The notes beneath the pieces were generated by a model. It was not told the origin of the DNA and searched no databases. It was given only the letters and a program-made list of their open reading frames with translations. Shown here one piece after another: positions 36,426 to 37,100 of a stretch of DNA of 37,100 nucleotides (the stretch's first letter is position 1; each line of letters opens with the position of its first letter). This stretch comes from Xuanwuvirus P884B11, in sequence record NC_049391.1, one strand, 5' to 3'. The translations under genes and the position numbers were made by a program.

Positions 36426-37016
36426 ATGAGCGAAATCAACTATCAGGCATTACGTGAACGTTATTCACCTGTGCCAGTACCGAAATGCCCTATTTGCGGC
36501 GAGGAAATGTCAATTCAGCGAATATCTGGAGCACAGGTTGTTTATGCCTGCTCCGGTTATGGTGATGATGGAGATTTCAAAATTGGCCGAACTCTTGCTG
36601 ACGAACATTATGAAAAATCACGCGTAACAGTGTTGGATGTCGGGGATCCTGAAGTATTGGCGCTACTTGATTGGCTGGAAACCAAAGACAACCGAATCGC
36701 TGAACTGGAAAAAATCGCCACTGACTATGCACTTAAATTCCAGAAAGCACAGGACGCATTAAAGCATGCCGCTTTGCTGCATAGCAGGACGGCGCAACAA
36801 ACAAATAATTTTGCAGTATCGCTTCCGGACATAAGCGAATATTTCATTAATGACGTATTTCAGCCCTTGCGATACGAGCGGGATGTTGAAAGAGCCATCA
36901 TAAAGGCTGGCGGAAAAGCATTGTGGCAGGAGAAACACGAGGACAGAACGCATCAGTCATGCGATGTAAATTGTGGATGGTTTAGCCCACTGACGACAGA
37001 TAAAAATAACACCTGA
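36426..37016 (+). CDS. Hypothetical protein with N-terminal zinc-ribbon-like CxxC motif
   Basis: 196-aa ORF with AAGGAG RBS; CPICGEE...YACSG motif, helical middle; no family recognised. Confidence 0.45.
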   Translation: MSEINYQALRERYSPVPVPKCPICGEEMSIQRISGAQVVYACSGYGDDGDFKIGRTLADEHYEKSRVTVLDVGDPEVLALLDWLETKDNRIAELEKIATDYALKFQKAQDALKHAALLHSRTAQQTNNFAVSLPDISEYFINDVFQPLRYERDVERAIIKAGGKALWQEKHEDRTHQSCDVNCGWFSPLTTDKNNT

Positions 37017-37100
37017 TCCCCCTCAAACCAGGGCGATAATCGCACATCGCCCTGCTGCACAATAGTGCACAAATTTGCACAATTTTTTTGAACGAATTTT

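Noticed and set aside
1-37100. CRISPR arrays, rRNA or tRNA genes
   Set aside because: No regularly spaced short direct repeats and no tRNA-like cloverleaf consensus seen on either strand.

Overview
The window reads as an almost complete P2-like (Peduovirus-type) temperate phage genome in virion gene order. Left to right: portal Q and terminase P (minus strand), then O-N-M-L-X capsid genes, a lysis cassette (holin, M15-peptidase endolysin, nested spanins), R-S-V-W-J-I baseplate genes and tail fibre H with assembly gene G. Unlike canonical P2, the distal half of H plus G sits in a Gin/Pin/Cin-type invertible segment: 26-bp inverted crossover sites at 12876-12901 and 15554-15579, a silent inverted alternative fibre tip and chaperone, and an adjacent serine invertase. 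The tail sheath/tube/chaperone/tape-measure/U block (16262-21847) is on the opposite strand to all flanking late genes, followed by D and ogr. Between ogr and the integrase lies a 3.6-kb AT-rich accessory island: a Hok/Gef-like toxin, a 1.49-kb element bounded by ~110-bp inverted repeats and an 11-bp direct repeat that carries a frameshift-split RES-domain gene, and a two-gene cassette (zinc-ribbon membrane protein plus secreted Cys-repeat protein). Then come int, repressor C, cox, a string of small early ORFs, rolling-circle initiator A, and an R1-type ParM/ParR actin-like partition pair. No tRNA, rRNA or CRISPR array was seen. All product calls rest on reading the translated ORFs against remembered family sequences and motifs; no search was run.
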